A stretch of 64,000 nt of DNA, from NCBI RefSeq assembly GCF_947568905.1, contig NC_079166.1:57226001-57290000 (forward strand). The letters run 5' to 3'. Position 1 is the first letter of the stretch. Each line of letters begins with the position of its first letter. The translations under genes were made by a program, and so were the position numbers. The stretch is from Ostrea edulis (taxonomy: Eukaryota). Below the pieces are notes generated by a model that made no database searches, was not told where the DNA came from, and saw only the letters and a program-made list of their open reading frames with translations. Below, piece by piece: positions 63,257-64,000 of this stretch.

Positions 63257-64000
63257 ATCATAGTAGTACTGATTTTGATTTTAATGAGAAAACAACAATG
63301 TTCAATTATGCAGTCTGTAACACCTTATTTTGTATTGGAGACCTAATGATGTTTTCATTTTTCCAAGAGTTTGAAGAATATTGTTCATGAAAAAGTCATT
63401 TTTAGCGTTCACAGATTTAATACATAGCAACTATATTATCAAACCTTGAACAATAGATAAAATACTGAATATATTGAATTTCAGCCAATTACATTTTACA
63501 GTTGGCAGTCTGGAAGAAAACTTTCTTAACAGAAATAATCCTTACATTTCTCTCAGACTAAATTACATATTTAAATATTATTGTGCATGCAAAGACTGAA
63601 TTCAATATGGTTTAGATAAAGACGGAAATCTTCTCTAGCAGTTAAAACAAGCAATCAATTCATTGGTAATGGAGCATGCTGAACCTTCTGCACGATATTC
63701 ATATCTGTCATGAGAACTGTACACTGAAACGTAAACCAACAACAGTTTGAAAGACAAATCTCTCTTGATAATCTTACATTAGAATCTATATACATATATC
63801 ACTGCATGAAACTATGACATAATATGAAGTAACAAAAAATGCATTAAAACATTTATGAAACAAAACGAAATTTTTCTTTCAATTTTAAACACAAATAATG
63901 GATATTTCAGTCATATGCTACCAGCAAAGCTAAATCTGGACTACAGAATCTGACATCTTTTTTTTTTCATTCTCAAAAGCAAATCACAGGACAAAATTCA
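63257..64000 (+). repeat. Direct-repeat copy 2 of 35360-36098 (runs off the window end)
   Basis: Colinear match to copy 1. Confidence 0.95.

Overview
AT-rich, intron-containing animal genomic DNA with four assembly gaps; not prokaryotic. I found no CRISPR array, rRNA gene or intact tRNA gene. A Cg170-like ~166-bp satellite inside Helentron-type elements points to an oyster, probably Crassostrea/Magallana gigas (inference from recognised repeats). Most of the window is transposon-derived: an inverted pair of decayed ISL2EU-type DNA transposons (DDE_Tnp_4 transposase plus YqaJ exonuclease, 1-6.8 kb), three Tx1/L1-clade LINEs (one near full-length with a 15-bp TSD, inserted just behind a Gypsy primer-binding site), a Gypsy gag-pol remnant, Penelope-like fragments, SINEs, Helentron-associated elements (HINEs), MITEs with 2-, 5-, 6-, 8- and 10-bp target-site duplications (TSDs), and five minisatellites. 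Two spliced host genes absent from the ORF track were reconstructed by hand. One is a 5-exon, 194-aa secreted, possibly GPI-anchored 10-Cys protein (+, 21607-32423). The other is a signal-peptide/EGF-like/Thr-rich protein (-, 55930 to at least 50893). Element boundaries without a quoted TIR or TSD are approximate.
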